From: an uncultured Gemmatimonadales bacterium
GTDB lineage: Bacteria > Gemmatimonadota > Gemmatimonadetes > Longimicrobiales > RSA9
Length of the DNA: 64,000 nt
Reading direction: 5' to 3'
Assembly (NCBI GenBank): GCA_963708135.1
Contig: OY970192.1
Location: 3,392,001-3,456,000, forward strand
In this document: positions 29,345-39,520 of the stretch, in pieces
Numbering within the stretch: position 1 is the first letter of the stretch
How the letters are laid out: each line of letters starts with the position of its first letter
Translations under genes and position numbers: made by a program
The notes under the pieces: generated by a model
The model's database searches: none
Told to the model about the DNA's origin: nothing
The model's input: only the letters and a program-made list of their open reading frames with translations

Positions 29345-29794
29345 ATGACGGTCAAGCGTATGGACAACGTCGGCATCGTGGTGGAAGACCTCGACGCCGC
29401 CATTGAGTTCTTCGCCGAGCTTGGCCTCGAGCTCGAGGGCCGCGCCCGGATCGAAGAAGACTGGGCAGGTCGCGTCACCGGATTGCGCGACATGCGCGTC
29501 GAGATGGCCATGATGCGTACGCCGGACGGTCACGGCCGGCTCGAGCTGTCCCGGTTCCTCGCGCCGCCCGCGGTCGCGGATCACCGCGGCGCCCCGGTGA
29601 ACGCCCTCGGCTACCTGCGCGTCATGTTCGCGGTGGACGACATCGACGATACGCTCGCCCGGCTCGGCAAGCGCGGGGCGGAGCTTGTCGGCGAAGTGGT
29701 CCAGTACGAGGACATGTATCGGCTCTGCTACATCCGCGGTCCCGAAGGAATTCTCATCGGGCTCGCGCAGGAGCTCGGGCGGCAGACTCCTTGA
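29345..29794 (+). CDS. VOC/glyoxalase family protein
   Basis: MDNVGIVVEDLDAA, LELSRF, YIRGPEGI. Confidence 0.9.
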   Translation: MTVKRMDNVGIVVEDLDAAIEFFAELGLELEGRARIEEDWAGRVTGLRDMRVEMAMMRTPDGHGRLELSRFLAPPAVADHRGAPVNALGYLRVMFAVDDIDDTLARLGKRGAELVGEVVQYEDMYRLCYIRGPEGILIGLAQELGRQTP

Positions 29795-29952
29795 TCAGCA
29801 CACGTGACAGCTACACGCTCGCCCCAGGCGAGGAGACGATCGTGCAGGAGCCGATCACCACGGAGTGGCAGCCCGGCGAGTAGCACTCGGCGGCGCCGGC
29901 CGCGCGTTCCGCCGCTGAACCCTGTTCCGTTGGACAGCCTCGGGAGGAAGCA

Positions 29953-30600
29953 ATGCCTCGTGTGCGCGTGCACAACTTTACGATCTCGCTCGACGGATAC
30001 GGCGCCGGCCCACGCCAGACTCGAGAGGAGCCCCTCGGCGTGGGTGGTGAAGCTCTGCACGAGTGGTTCATCCCGACCCGTACGTTCCAGCGCATCAATG
30101 GCAAGACTGGCGGCACCACCGGCGTCGATGACGACATCGCGGCGCGCTTTGGGGAGGGCATTGGCGCGTGGATCATGGGACGCAACATGTTCGGCCCGAT
30201 TCGTGGCCCGTGGCGCGATGACGACTGGCGCGGCTGGTGGGGGAAGAACCCGCCGTACCACGGCCCGGTATTCGTGCTGACGCACCACGGTCGCCCGCCG
30301 ATCCAAATGGAGGGCGGCACGGTCTTCCACTTCATCACGGGCGGTATCGGCGAGGCGCTGGAACGAGCGACGGCGGCAGCTGAGGGAAAGGATGTGGAGA
30401 TCGGCGGCGGTGTGGCGACCATCCGCCAGTACCTCGAGGCGAGGCTCATCGACGAGCTGCACGTGGCGATCGCGCCGAGGCTGCTCGGGTCCGGCGAGCA
30501 TCTCTTTCACGGCCTCGATCTCGTGGCATCGGGCTATGAGTGCACCACCCATGTGCCGACCGCCGCCGCGACGCATGTCGTGCTGACGAGAGCTCGGTGA
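29953..30600 (+). CDS. Dihydrofolate reductase/RibD C-terminal family protein
   Basis: ISLDGY, MGRNMF, VFVLTH, IGGG, IDELH. Confidence 0.88.
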   Translation: MPRVRVHNFTISLDGYGAGPRQTREEPLGVGGEALHEWFIPTRTFQRINGKTGGTTGVDDDIAARFGEGIGAWIMGRNMFGPIRGPWRDDDWRGWWGKNPPYHGPVFVLTHHGRPPIQMEGGTVFHFITGGIGEALERATAAAEGKDVEIGGGVATIRQYLEARLIDELHVAIAPRLLGSGEHLFHGLDLVASGYECTTHVPTAAATHVVLTRAR

Positions 30601-30627
30601 CTCCCGGCCCGACGACGCGTCGTTCAC

Positions 30628-30700
30628 GCGACTCCTGCTCGACGGCGGCGCCGACCCGAACGTCCGGGCCTCACTCGAGGCGCGTGGCGGCCGCCCCTGA
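30628..30700 (+). pseudogene. Ankyrin-repeat gene fragment
   Basis: RLLLDGGADPNVRASL...stop, with no start or rest of gene. Confidence 0.45.
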
Positions 30701-30753
30701 CCCACGCTCGTGTTCAGCCGCACCCTGCACCTTCGCCGCCGACACGGACCCCC

Positions 30754-32193
30754 ATGCAAGAATACGACGCTCTCGATGACCTGCGCGCCGCCGGCCACGC
30801 CTTCGTGGACGAGGCGCTCCGCCACATCTCGCGGCCGCTCGACTCGCCCGTGCAGACGCGTCGCCGCCCCAGCGAGCTGGCCGCCCTGTTCGGCCCGCCC
30901 CCCGAGGAGGGCCGCCCCTGGCCCGAGATGCTCGCGGACCTGCGCGAGAACGTCGTCGACCAGAGTCTGCGCCTCGCGCACCCGATGTACATGGCGCAGC
31001 AGGTCGCGCCACCGCTGCCGCTGCCCGCCCTCGCGGATGCGCTCGTCTCGATGCTCAACCAGTCGCAGGCGGTGTGGGAGATGTCCCCCGCCGCGACGCC
31101 GCTCGAGCACGCCCTCATCCGCTGGTTCGCCGCCCTCGCCGGCTTCGGCGAGGCAGCGGCGGGGTCGTTCGTGTCGGGCGGCAGCGCGGGCAACCTTACC
31201 GGCCTCCTCGCGGCCCGCGCCCGGGTGTTCCCCGACGCCTGGACACACGGAATGCCGCCCGGCGCGCTCCTCATCACGGGCAGCCAGGCGCACTACTCGG
31301 TGGCGCGCGCCGCGGGCATTCTCGGGCTGGGCGCCGGCAACGTCGTGGCCGTGCGGACCACGGCGCAGGGGGCCACGGACCCGGCCGCGATCGAGGCGGC
31401 GCTCCGCGACGCGGACGCGGCAGGACGGACGGTGCTCGCCGTCGTCGCCACGGCGGGCTCCACGGCCATGGGCTCCTTCGATGACCTGGAGGCGCTCGCG
31501 GACCTGTGCGGCGGGCACGGCGTCTGGCTGCACGTGGACGGCGCGCACGGCGCCTCGGCGCTCCTCTCTCGCGAGGCCGCCCACCGCGCGCGGCTGGCGG
31601 GGCTCGCGCGCGCCGACTCCCTCGCGTGGGACCCGCATAAGATGATGTTCCAGCCGATGAGCACCTCGGTCGTCCTCGTGCGAGAGCCGCAGTGGCTGCT
31701 CGGGGCCTTCCGGCAGGACGCGCCGTACCTCTTCCACCGCGAGGCGGGCGGCGAGCCGCCTCCGGACATGGGCGGCTACACGCTCCAGTGCTCGCGACGC
31801 TCGGACGCGGTGCGGCTCTGGATCGCGCTGGAGCACTACGGGACGCGTCGCCTGGGGGAGCTCTACGACCACACGTGCGGACTGGCGACGCACCTCTTCG
31901 AGCGGCTTGAGGACGCGCCGGACTTCGAGGCGCTCCACCGCCCCGAATCGAACATCCTGTGCTTCCGCTGGAGGCCGTCCGGCATGGAGGAAGGGGAAGA
32001 GCTGGACCGGCTGCAGGACGCGCTACGGGGTCGTTACATCGCGGCCGGGCGCGGCTTCATTGCGGCCACGACGCTCGCCGGCCGGCGCACGCTCCGGGTC
32101 ACGCTCATCAACCCGCGCACCACGACGGTCAACGTCGACCGCATGCTCGACGGGCTCCGGGCGGAGGCCGCCGCGCTTCTCGCGGAAGGATAG
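30754..32193 (+). CDS. Group II PLP-dependent decarboxylase
   Basis: SGGSAGN, AHYS, HVDGAHG, WDPHK. Confidence 0.9.
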   Translation: MQEYDALDDLRAAGHAFVDEALRHISRPLDSPVQTRRRPSELAALFGPPPEEGRPWPEMLADLRENVVDQSLRLAHPMYMAQQVAPPLPLPALADALVSMLNQSQAVWEMSPAATPLEHALIRWFAALAGFGEAAAGSFVSGGSAGNLTGLLAARARVFPDAWTHGMPPGALLITGSQAHYSVARAAGILGLGAGNVVAVRTTAQGATDPAAIEAALRDADAAGRTVLAVVATAGSTAMGSFDDLEALADLCGGHGVWLHVDGAHGASALLSREAAHRARLAGLARADSLAWDPHKMMFQPMSTSVVLVREPQWLLGAFRQDAPYLFHREAGGEPPPDMGGYTLQCSRRSDAVRLWIALEHYGTRRLGELYDHTCGLATHLFERLEDAPDFEALHRPESNILCFRWRPSGMEEGEELDRLQDALRGRYIAAGRGFIAATTLAGRRTLRVTLINPRTTTVNVDRMLDGLRAEAAALLAEG

Positions 32194-32196
32194 CGC

Positions 32197-33315
32197 CTAC
32201 GCCGACCGCGGCATCGAATCGCGGTCCTCGGCCGCCAGCGCGAGCGCCTCGCCGGCCTCGCGGAGCTCCGTCTCGAGCCACGCTACCCGCTCCTCCATGC
32301 GCGCCAGCTCCGCCTCCGCCTCCCGCCGGTCGCCCAGGTCGTAGAGAACCACCAGCGCGCCGCCGGGGCCGCCGAGCTCCGGCGCGAGCTGTGCGCTCCA
32401 TGCCGCCACGTCGATCATGACGCCGTCTCGCCGCTCCAGCCGCACGCGCCGCGCACCCGCACGCACCGGATCGTCCGCGCTGCCCGCCACCTGCCCGAAG
32501 AGCAGATAACCGGAAGCGCCCCGCAGGCACGGGACCGTCCGACCGAGCACCTCGTCCGCCTTCCAGCCCAGGATCCGCGCCGCCGCGTCGTTCCAGAGCG
32601 ACACGTAGCCATCGCCATCCACGGCGGCCACGCCCAGCGGCAGCGTTCCCACGAGCGCCTCCAGCACGGATTCCGCGCTCCGCTGCGCGCGCGCGCACCG
32701 CTGCTCCGCGGTCGCGTCGGTCAGCACGCCCCGGAGACGGGAGCGCCCGTCGGCGCAATCCGTCACCACACGCACGCTCTCGTGCACCCACAGGGGGTCG
32801 CCGTCGGAGTTCCGCGCGCGGAACGCGTGCCGCACCGCTTCCGTGCCGCCGGCCGCGTGCGCGCGCGCCTCGTGGACGCGGCGGAGGTCGTAGGGATCGA
32901 CCAGCCACTCCCACGGGTCAACGGCCGCGTCCCAGTCCTTCAGCGGATAGCCGAAGAGCGTGGCCGCCTCGGGCGAAACGTACAGGATCGTGCCGCTCTC
33001 CGCGTCGGCCTCCCAGAGAACCGCTCCCGTCACCGCCAGCGCCTCGCGCCACGCCTCCGCGCCCGGCTCTGCCAGCGCGCCCGACACATACTCCACCAGC
33101 GGCCCCGGGCCGCTCGCCGCGATCGCCAGTCCCGCCATCCCGACGGAGCCCAGCACCGTCAGCACCGTTCGGGGCTCGGCCACCGGACTGCCCAGGACCA
33201 GCTGCATGCCGATCAGGATCAGCGCACCCGCGCCGGCGCCCGCCAGGAAGCCCAGCACACACGTCTTCAGGATTCCGGGGTGGACCGTTCCGTCCCCCCG
33301 TCTGTCGTCAGTCAT
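32197..33315 (-). CDS. Membrane-anchored tandem PAS/PAC protein with no output domain
   Basis: 2 TM; YVSPEAATLFGY; WNDAAARILGW; short coiled coil then stop. Confidence 0.7.
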   Translation of the reverse strand: MTDDRRGDGTVHPGILKTCVLGFLAGAGAGALILIGMQLVLGSPVAEPRTVLTVLGSVGMAGLAIAASGPGPLVEYVSGALAEPGAEAWREALAVTGAVLWEADAESGTILYVSPEAATLFGYPLKDWDAAVDPWEWLVDPYDLRRVHEARAHAAGGTEAVRHAFRARNSDGDPLWVHESVRVVTDCADGRSRLRGVLTDATAEQRCARAQRSAESVLEALVGTLPLGVAAVDGDGYVSLWNDAAARILGWKADEVLGRTVPCLRGASGYLLFGQVAGSADDPVRAGARRVRLERRDGVMIDVAAWSAQLAPELGGPGGALVVLYDLGDRREAEAELARMEERVAWLETELREAGEALALAAEDRDSMPRSA

Positions 33316-33656
33316 GGATCCGTCTCGGACCGGCGCGCGTCCGGGATCGTGTCCGGGCCTTCGCCGCGCCCCGACTGCGGGCGCCGCGCCACCCCAGGCT
33401 CGCGCGTTTCGTCGAATTCGCACCAGACGCGGGAGCAACTTCCGAACCCCATCCGCCCGCGCCGCCATCCGCACCCAACTGCTCCCGTATCTGATTTTAT
33501 GACAACTAATTACAACCGCTACCGCCACGTCGGCCGACGCCGGCATGGCGCCGGCGAGGCGAGCGTGGACGGCAATTGTTTCGGGAGGACAGACCTTTTT
33601 GCGCCGGGATCCGGGCGCCCGGCCGGGCGGCAGGAAACGTCTGAGGAGAAGCCGGC

Positions 33657-34130
33657 TCAGGGGCCGGATTCGCCCGCTGGAGGAGCCGGCACGCTGTCCG
33701 GAACGGCCATCCCGCCCGGGGCTCCGGCTTCGAACTCGAGGAGTCGTGAGCGCAGCTCCCCCGGCACCGGCTTCGAGCCGCCGAGCGCGTAGTCGAACAT
33801 CACCTGGACGGTGCGGCCCGAGCTGACCAGCGTGCCGTCGGCGCGCCTCGCCTCGTATTCCATGGTGAAGCTGCGCCCGCTCACGTGGGCTGTGCGCACG
33901 CCGACCCGCAGGCGGCCCGGGAAGAGGGTGCGCGCGTGGTAGCGCACCAGCACCTCGCCAAGAACGAAGTCGATCGACTCGGCGACGCCGCCCGCCACCT
34001 CGCGCCAGTAGGCCGTCCGTGCCTCCTCGAAGTAGATCAGGGCGAGGGAATGGTGCGCGTGACCCATCGGATCCAGGTCCCGGAAGCGGACCTCCACGTC
34101 ATGGTGGAAGCGGAACGTCTCGCCGCTCAT
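33657..34130 (-). CDS. Acyl-CoA thioesterase (4HBT-like)
   Basis: VRFRDLDPMGH, YFEEART. Confidence 0.85.
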   Translation of the reverse strand: MSGETFRFHHDVEVRFRDLDPMGHAHHSLALIYFEEARTAYWREVAGGVAESIDFVLGEVLVRYHARTLFPGRLRVGVRTAHVSGRSFTMEYEARRADGTLVSSGRTVQVMFDYALGGSKPVPGELRSRLLEFEAGAPGGMAVPDSVPAPPAGESGP

Positions 34131-34351
34131 TGGCCCTCCTCCGCCTCGACCGCCTCGTCCGCGGCCGGCACGAACGCCAGGGCGACCCCCGCCGCCGCGA
34201 GCACCACGAGCGAGAACGCCGCAAGATAGATCCCCGCCAGCAGCACCCCCGGAACCAGCACCCCGAGGATCCAGAGCGCCATTCCGACCACGAGCAGGAG
34301 CACCCCCACCCGGAGCGCCACGCGCGCGCCCGAGCTCGCGTTCCACGACAT
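34127..34351 (-). CDS. Small two-TM membrane protein
   Basis: Overlapping start/stop coupling on both sides; hydrophobic. Confidence 0.65.
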   Translation of the reverse strand: MSWNASSGARVALRVGVLLLVVGMALWILGVLVPGVLLAGIYLAAFSLVVLAAAGVALAFVPAADEAVEAEEGQ

Positions 34352-35373
34352 CACGCCTCCTCCTCGTCGAGTCCCGGATGGAGCGGGTCGCTCCGCCGCT
34401 CGGAGAGCCGCGCCGGCGGCGGCATCTCGCCCACCGCCCGCAGCACCGCTGCGTGCAGGTCGCCGTTCGTGGCCAGGATCCCGTAAACCCGGGGATCGCG
34501 CTGGTTGTAGCGGAGCGGCTCGCCCCGCAGGTCCGTTGCGCGGCCGCCCGCCTCCGCGACGATCAGCCCGCCCGCGCACACATCCCACTCGCTCTTCGGT
34601 CCGCGGCTCACGAACGCGTCGCCCTCCCCCGCCCCCACCAGGGCCAGCTTGTAGGCCGTGCTCCCCAGCGGCACCAGCCGCCACCCCTCCCGGAACGGAT
34701 CGAACTCCCCCGCCCCGATCTCGCTCCGCGACGCCAGCATGACCCTCCCCTCGCCGGCCGTCACCCTCACCCGCCGCACGCCCCCCAACCCCGCCGCCAC
34801 CCCCGCCTTCCCCCCCGGGCTCGAGACCTCACCCTCACCCGGACCCTCACCCTCACCCTCACCCTGACCCTCACCCGGACCCTCACCCTCACCCTCACCC
34901 TTTGCCTGTCCCATACCCTTACCCTTACCCCCACCCTGTTTCTGCACCACCGCCCTCCCCGCCCACGCTCCTTCCCCGGCCAGTGCCCAGTAGACCTCCC
35001 CCGTCGCCGGGTTGTAGACCACCCCCAGCACCGCCGCCCCGTCCTCCACCAGCCCGACCGAGACGCTGAACTCCGGCTCCCCCGCGATAAACGACTTCGT
35101 CCCGTCCACCGGGTCCACGATCCACACGCGCCGGCGGTCCAGCCGCTCGGGCGCGTCCGCGGTTTCCTCGGACAGCCAGCCGTACTCCGGCCGCGCCCCC
35201 ACGAGCCTCGTGCGTAGGACCCGGTTCGCCTCCAGGTCCGCCTCCGTGAGCGGCTGGTCGGGGCCCTTGTGCCGGACCTCGAGCGCGCCGCCGAACCACG
35301 CGGCCGCCGCGCGCCCCGCGGCCAGCGCCGCCTCGAGCGCCAGCTCCAGGTCGTCGTACAGATCTTCGTGCAT
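34351..35373 (-). CDS. Inositol monophosphatase/CysQ family phosphatase with a Gly-Glu insertion
   Basis: TEAD, SEE, IVDPVDGT, EWDVCAG. Confidence 0.88.
   Translation of the reverse strand: MHEDLYDDLELALEAALAAGRAAAAWFGGALEVRHKGPDQPLTEADLEANRVLRTRLVGARPEYGWLSEETADAPERLDRRRVWIVDPVDGTKSFIAGEPEFSVSVGLVEDGAAVLGVVYNPATGEVYWALAGEGAWAGRAVVQKQGGGKGKGMGQAKGEGEGEGPGEGQGEGEGEGPGEGEVSSPGGKAGVAAGLGGVRRVRVTAGEGRVMLASRSEIGAGEFDPFREGWRLVPLGSTAYKLALVGAGEGDAFVSRGPKSEWDVCAGGLIVAEAGGRATDLRGEPLRYNQRDPRVYGILATNGDLHAAVLRAVGEMPPPARLSERRSDPLHPGLDEEEA
34824..34934. repeat. (ACCCTC)n hexamer tract inside the CysQ-like CDS
   Basis: Encodes GKGKGMGQAKGEGEGEGPGEGQGEGEGEGPGEGE. Confidence 0.9.
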
Positions 35374-35477
35374 TCCCGCTCCCGTTCCGTGTCCGTTCGC
35401 CGGCGCTCCCTGCCGCGCCGCGCCACCGCCCGCGCCCACGGCACCGCGCCGCGGCGCTCAGCTTCACTCCCGCCTCC

Positions 35478-37187
35478 TCAGCCGGCCAGCGCCTCGATCT
35501 TCGCCGCCGCCGCGCGCAGCGGCAGCACCACCACGAGTGCCGAGACGGCGAGGGCGAGCGCGAGAGCCGTGCCGAGCGCGGCCCATTCGTGGGACGGCGG
35601 GGCTCGGCCGACGGCGCGTGCGCGCAGCACGGCGTGGACCGGCCACGCCTCGAGCACCACCACCATCGCGAGATAGCCGGTCGCCACCATCATGAACAGC
35701 AGCCCGCCGAATCCCGTCGAGATCTCGGCCGCGTTGTCGCTCTCGAGGCGGGGGAAGAGCGCTCCGAAGCCGAGCGCGAGGGACGCGATCGCGAACGTCA
35801 TGAGCGCCACCGTCGCCAGCGAGAGGATCATCATGAAGGCGCCGACCCCGAGGATGGCGTTGGTGGCGGCGGTCAGCGCGAGCGCGAGCACCAGCAGGGG
35901 CGTGACGCCCACCCAGAACTTCGTCCACAGCAGCGTGCGCAGCTCCAGCGGCGAGGAGCGAAGCAGCCATAGCGTTCGGCCCTCCAGGCTGACGGCCGGG
36001 AACAGGAAGCGTGCGGCGATCGCCGCGAGCACGAAGCCCACCAGCCCCAGGTTCAGGAACGACACCAGGTTCACGAGAAGGAAGCCCACGGCGACGCCCG
36101 TCCTGAGCGGCAGCACCCTCACGTTGTAGACGTAGATCGCGACCAGCACCGCCAGCAGGATGAGCTGCGACCACTGCGTGGTGTCGCGGAAGAACGTGCG
36201 GATGTCCTTGGCCACGAGCGAGCGGGCGGACGGGCCGAGCCCGATCAGCATCCGCTCGAGCCGCGGCCCCCTGCCGCCCGCTCGCTGGCGCAGCACGGCG
36301 CCCTCCTGCGCCCGGCTGAACCCCTCAAGGTAGAGCCGCTGGTGCAGCCACGCGCCCAGGACGAGGACGGCGGCGGCCGTCGAAGCGAGCAGCAGCAGCG
36401 GGAAGAGATCGCCCGCGGCCGCGCCCACGCCGAGCGGCGCGAGGATCGCGTCCGCCGCCCACTGGCTGGGCAGCCACACCGAGCGCGGCGTCTGCATTGC
36501 CGCGATGAAGTCGACCAGGTTTCGGAAGCCCTCCGGCCGCGCGAGCTGCTCCGGCCGCACCAGCCGCACCAGCAGCACCGCGGCTGCGGCGCCGAACAGC
36601 CCCAGCAGCGCGAGCAGATCGCGCGCCCGCCGCGCCGGGAAGACGTTCACGAGAACGAGCGTCACCGCCGCGCCGAGCACCGCCGGGATCAGGAAGAAGG
36701 CCGCGAGGACCGCCGCGCACACCGCGACGTAGGCCGCGCCACCGTGGTAGCTGCGCCCGTACGCGGCCAGGATCGGCACCAGCACGAGCGCGACCATCCA
36801 GGACGAGTGGACGGCCGATTCGGCGAGCCGCGAGAGGTAGACCCGGACGCCGTCCAGCGGCGCGGCCGCGATCAGCTCCAGGTCGCGCGCCAGAAAGAAC
36901 GAGGACAGCGCGCTGATCACGTTCGAGATCACCAGGATCGAAAGGAAGCCGAGCAGGATCAGCCCGAGCAGCTTCGCCGCCAGCACCTCACCCAGCCCCG
37001 CGGCGCCGCGGAAGTACTGGAGCAGGCGGAACACCAGCGCGAAGAGCAGCGTCCAGAAGAGGAAGCCGACGGTGCCCAGCACGAGCACGCGCGCGAGCGT
37101 CGCCGACTCGCGGATGCGCCGCCTGGCCTCCCGCACCTTCGGCGCGACCAGCCCGAGCGTGCCCATGCCCACCGCGCCGCCGCTCAC
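35478..37187 (-). CDS. Putative ABC-2 type transporter permease
   Basis: Many TMs; KDIRTFFRD, SLEGRTLWLLRSSP; GTGA overlap. Confidence 0.85.
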   Translation of the reverse strand: MSGGAVGMGTLGLVAPKVREARRRIRESATLARVLVLGTVGFLFWTLLFALVFRLLQYFRGAAGLGEVLAAKLLGLILLGFLSILVISNVISALSSFFLARDLELIAAAPLDGVRVYLSRLAESAVHSSWMVALVLVPILAAYGRSYHGGAAYVAVCAAVLAAFFLIPAVLGAAVTLVLVNVFPARRARDLLALLGLFGAAAAVLLVRLVRPEQLARPEGFRNLVDFIAAMQTPRSVWLPSQWAADAILAPLGVGAAAGDLFPLLLLASTAAAVLVLGAWLHQRLYLEGFSRAQEGAVLRQRAGGRGPRLERMLIGLGPSARSLVAKDIRTFFRDTTQWSQLILLAVLVAIYVYNVRVLPLRTGVAVGFLLVNLVSFLNLGLVGFVLAAIAARFLFPAVSLEGRTLWLLRSSPLELRTLLWTKFWVGVTPLLVLALALTAATNAILGVGAFMMILSLATVALMTFAIASLALGFGALFPRLESDNAAEISTGFGGLLFMMVATGYLAMVVVLEAWPVHAVLRARAVGRAPPSHEWAALGTALALALAVSALVVVLPLRAAAAKIEALAG

Positions 37188-37957
37188 GCTCCGCCCGCCG
37201 CGGCCCGGAGCGATGCCACCAGCGCCTCCACGCCGTCGCTTTCCGTCAACCTGAGGAAGACCTCCTCGAGCCCCACCGCCCCGGCCGCCGCCTCCGCGCG
37301 CAGCTCGGGCATGCCGCCGATCGCCCGGATGCGGCCCTGGTACAGGATGGCGATCCGGCTGCACAGCGCCTCCGCCACCTCCAGCGTGTGCGTGGACAGG
37401 AACACCGTGCCGCCCTGCTCCGTGAACGCGCGCAGCAGCTCCTTGATCAGCCGCGCCCCGCGCGGATCCAGCCCGACCATCGGCTCATCCACGACGATCA
37501 CGTCCGGCGAGTGCACGAGCGCCGAGCTGATCAGCAGCTTCTGCCGCATGCCGTGGCTGTAGCTCTCGATCGGCGTGTCCCGCCACTCCACCAGCTCGAA
37601 CATGTCGAGCAGCTCCCCCGCCCGCCGCTCCACCGCCGCCCCCGTCCGTCCCCACAGCCCGCTCACGAAGCGCAGGAACTCCAGCCCGGTCAGCTTCTCG
37701 TACAGGAACGGCCGGTCGGGGATGTAGCCGACGTGTTGCCGGGCCGCGATCGGCTCCCTGGCCACATCCCTCCCCGCCACGAGCACGCGCCCCGCCGTGG
37801 GCCGGAGCACGCCCGCGATCATCCGGATCGTCGTCGTCTTCCCCGCACCGTTCGGCCCCAGGAAGGCGAACATCTCGCCGCGCGGCACGTGCAGGTCCAG
37901 CGGATGCACGGCCGTGAAGCCGCCGTAGCGCTTGGTGAGCCCCTCGAGCCGGATCAT
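37184..37957 (-). CDS. ABC transporter ATP-binding protein
   Basis: GPNGAGKTT, YSHGMRQK, VDEP, STH. Confidence 0.93.
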   Translation of the reverse strand: MIRLEGLTKRYGGFTAVHPLDLHVPRGEMFAFLGPNGAGKTTTIRMIAGVLRPTAGRVLVAGRDVAREPIAARQHVGYIPDRPFLYEKLTGLEFLRFVSGLWGRTGAAVERRAGELLDMFELVEWRDTPIESYSHGMRQKLLISSALVHSPDVIVVDEPMVGLDPRGARLIKELLRAFTEQGGTVFLSTHTLEVAEALCSRIAILYQGRIRAIGGMPELRAEAAAGAVGLEEVFLRLTESDGVEALVASLRAAAGGA

Positions 37958-39501
37958 CCGACCACCTCCAGGTGCAGCCGGCCGAGCAGCCGGATCAGCT
38001 CCATCTGTCGCGCCAGCCCCCCCACCAGGAAGCGCAGGTGCGCCGCGTCCGCCGGTGCCTCGCCCAGCGTGGGGTCCATGGCCACCCAGCGGCCCAGCCA
38101 CACCTCCGGCCAGGCGTGGTAGTAGAACCGGCCACGCAGGTACACGAGCCCCACGGCCGTCCGCGCCGGCAGCCCCAGCGAGCGCGCCAGCGCCACGTAC
38201 AGCACCGTGTGCTCGTTGCAGTCGCCGCGGCGCTCCCGGAGCACCTGCACGGCGCTCGGCACGCTCGGCGTGATCTGCTTCGCCAGTGAGCCGTACACCC
38301 AGTGATTCAGCTTCAATGCGACGTCGGCCGGGTCCGCCGAGCCGCGCGCGATCCTCCTCGCCCGCGCGACGATCTCCGGATCCGCCGACTGGATCAGCGG
38401 CGTGGACTCGAGCGCCGCGCCGGGCACGCCCCCGCCGTGGTACGGCAGCGTGTAGCCGGCCCGCAGCTCCGCCGCCGACTCCTGCACCACGAACAGCGTG
38501 TCGCCGTGCAGCCGCTGGCGCCCGCCCGACAGGTCGAAGCCGGTCGGGTCGACGCCCGTGAGCCGGACCGCCAGCCGGCTCGTCGCTCCCGGCGCCCCCA
38601 GGTCCACGTTGCTCGCGATCGCAGTGGACTCGATCAGCGGGCCGTACCCCGCCGCGATCGTGCGGTCCGCCTCCGCCTCGCGCCACTCCTGCCGCGCCAG
38701 CTCGTACGCGGTCCGCTCGATCGTGAAGCCCAGCGGGCTCTCCGCCCGCACGACCCGCCCATCCACGTCCACCCAGCTCGAGACGGACACGCCGCCCATC
38801 TCCTCCTCCACCCGCCACACCGGAACCGTGTCCCACCCCGCGGCGCGCCAGCGCGCCCCCGCGAGCGCCGCGCTGTCCGGCACGACAATGGTGTCCGCCG
38901 CCGTCACGCGCACCGTCGCCTCCCGCACCGCCAGCACGGACGGATCGAAGATGCGCGCCCGGTAGCGGCCGCCGACCGCGAGCCGCCCCGCCGTCGCGAG
39001 GCGCATCGGCAACGCGGCGTCCAGCGTCACCGAGGGATCCAGCCGCAGCACCGAGCGCTGCGGCACCCCCCCGCCGCTGACCGTGACGCTCAGCACGGAA
39101 TCGCGGCGCGTCTCCCCGACGACCGAGAAGCGGCCCATCCCGGAGGTCAGCTCGAAGCCGAAGGCGCGCAAGCGCAGCGAGTGGTCGAGGTCCACGCGCG
39201 TGCGCGCCACCGCGCGCGCGAGCGTGTCGAGGGCGGGCACGTCCAGCGCCAGCAGGTCGTCGAAGCGGAACCCCGTCGCCACCGTGTCCAGCCTCGAGCT
39301 GGCGTAGCCGATCGCGTGCCCGTTCATCCGCACGACGTAGAACTGCGCCCCCGGCGCGAGCGCGCGCGCGCCCTGCGCCAGCACCACGTCCATCGGCCTG
39401 AAGTACTCGCGCCGGATGTGAAAGCCGACGACGGCGCCCCAGGCGAGGAGCACGCCGATGCCGAGCGCCTGACGTCGCGTCGGAGGGGCCATCATCGCCA
39501 T
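37954..39501 (-). CDS. Transglutaminase-like domain protein (N-terminal anchor)
   Basis: GDCNEH, HAWPEV, MDPT catalytic triad. Confidence 0.88.
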   Translation of the reverse strand: MAMMAPPTRRQALGIGVLLAWGAVVGFHIRREYFRPMDVVLAQGARALAPGAQFYVVRMNGHAIGYASSRLDTVATGFRFDDLLALDVPALDTLARAVARTRVDLDHSLRLRAFGFELTSGMGRFSVVGETRRDSVLSVTVSGGGVPQRSVLRLDPSVTLDAALPMRLATAGRLAVGGRYRARIFDPSVLAVREATVRVTAADTIVVPDSAALAGARWRAAGWDTVPVWRVEEEMGGVSVSSWVDVDGRVVRAESPLGFTIERTAYELARQEWREAEADRTIAAGYGPLIESTAIASNVDLGAPGATSRLAVRLTGVDPTGFDLSGGRQRLHGDTLFVVQESAAELRAGYTLPYHGGGVPGAALESTPLIQSADPEIVARARRIARGSADPADVALKLNHWVYGSLAKQITPSVPSAVQVLRERRGDCNEHTVLYVALARSLGLPARTAVGLVYLRGRFYYHAWPEVWLGRWVAMDPTLGEAPADAAHLRFLVGGLARQMELIRLLGRLHLEVVG

Positions 39502-39520
39502 CCCGGAATGTGGGTGAGGC

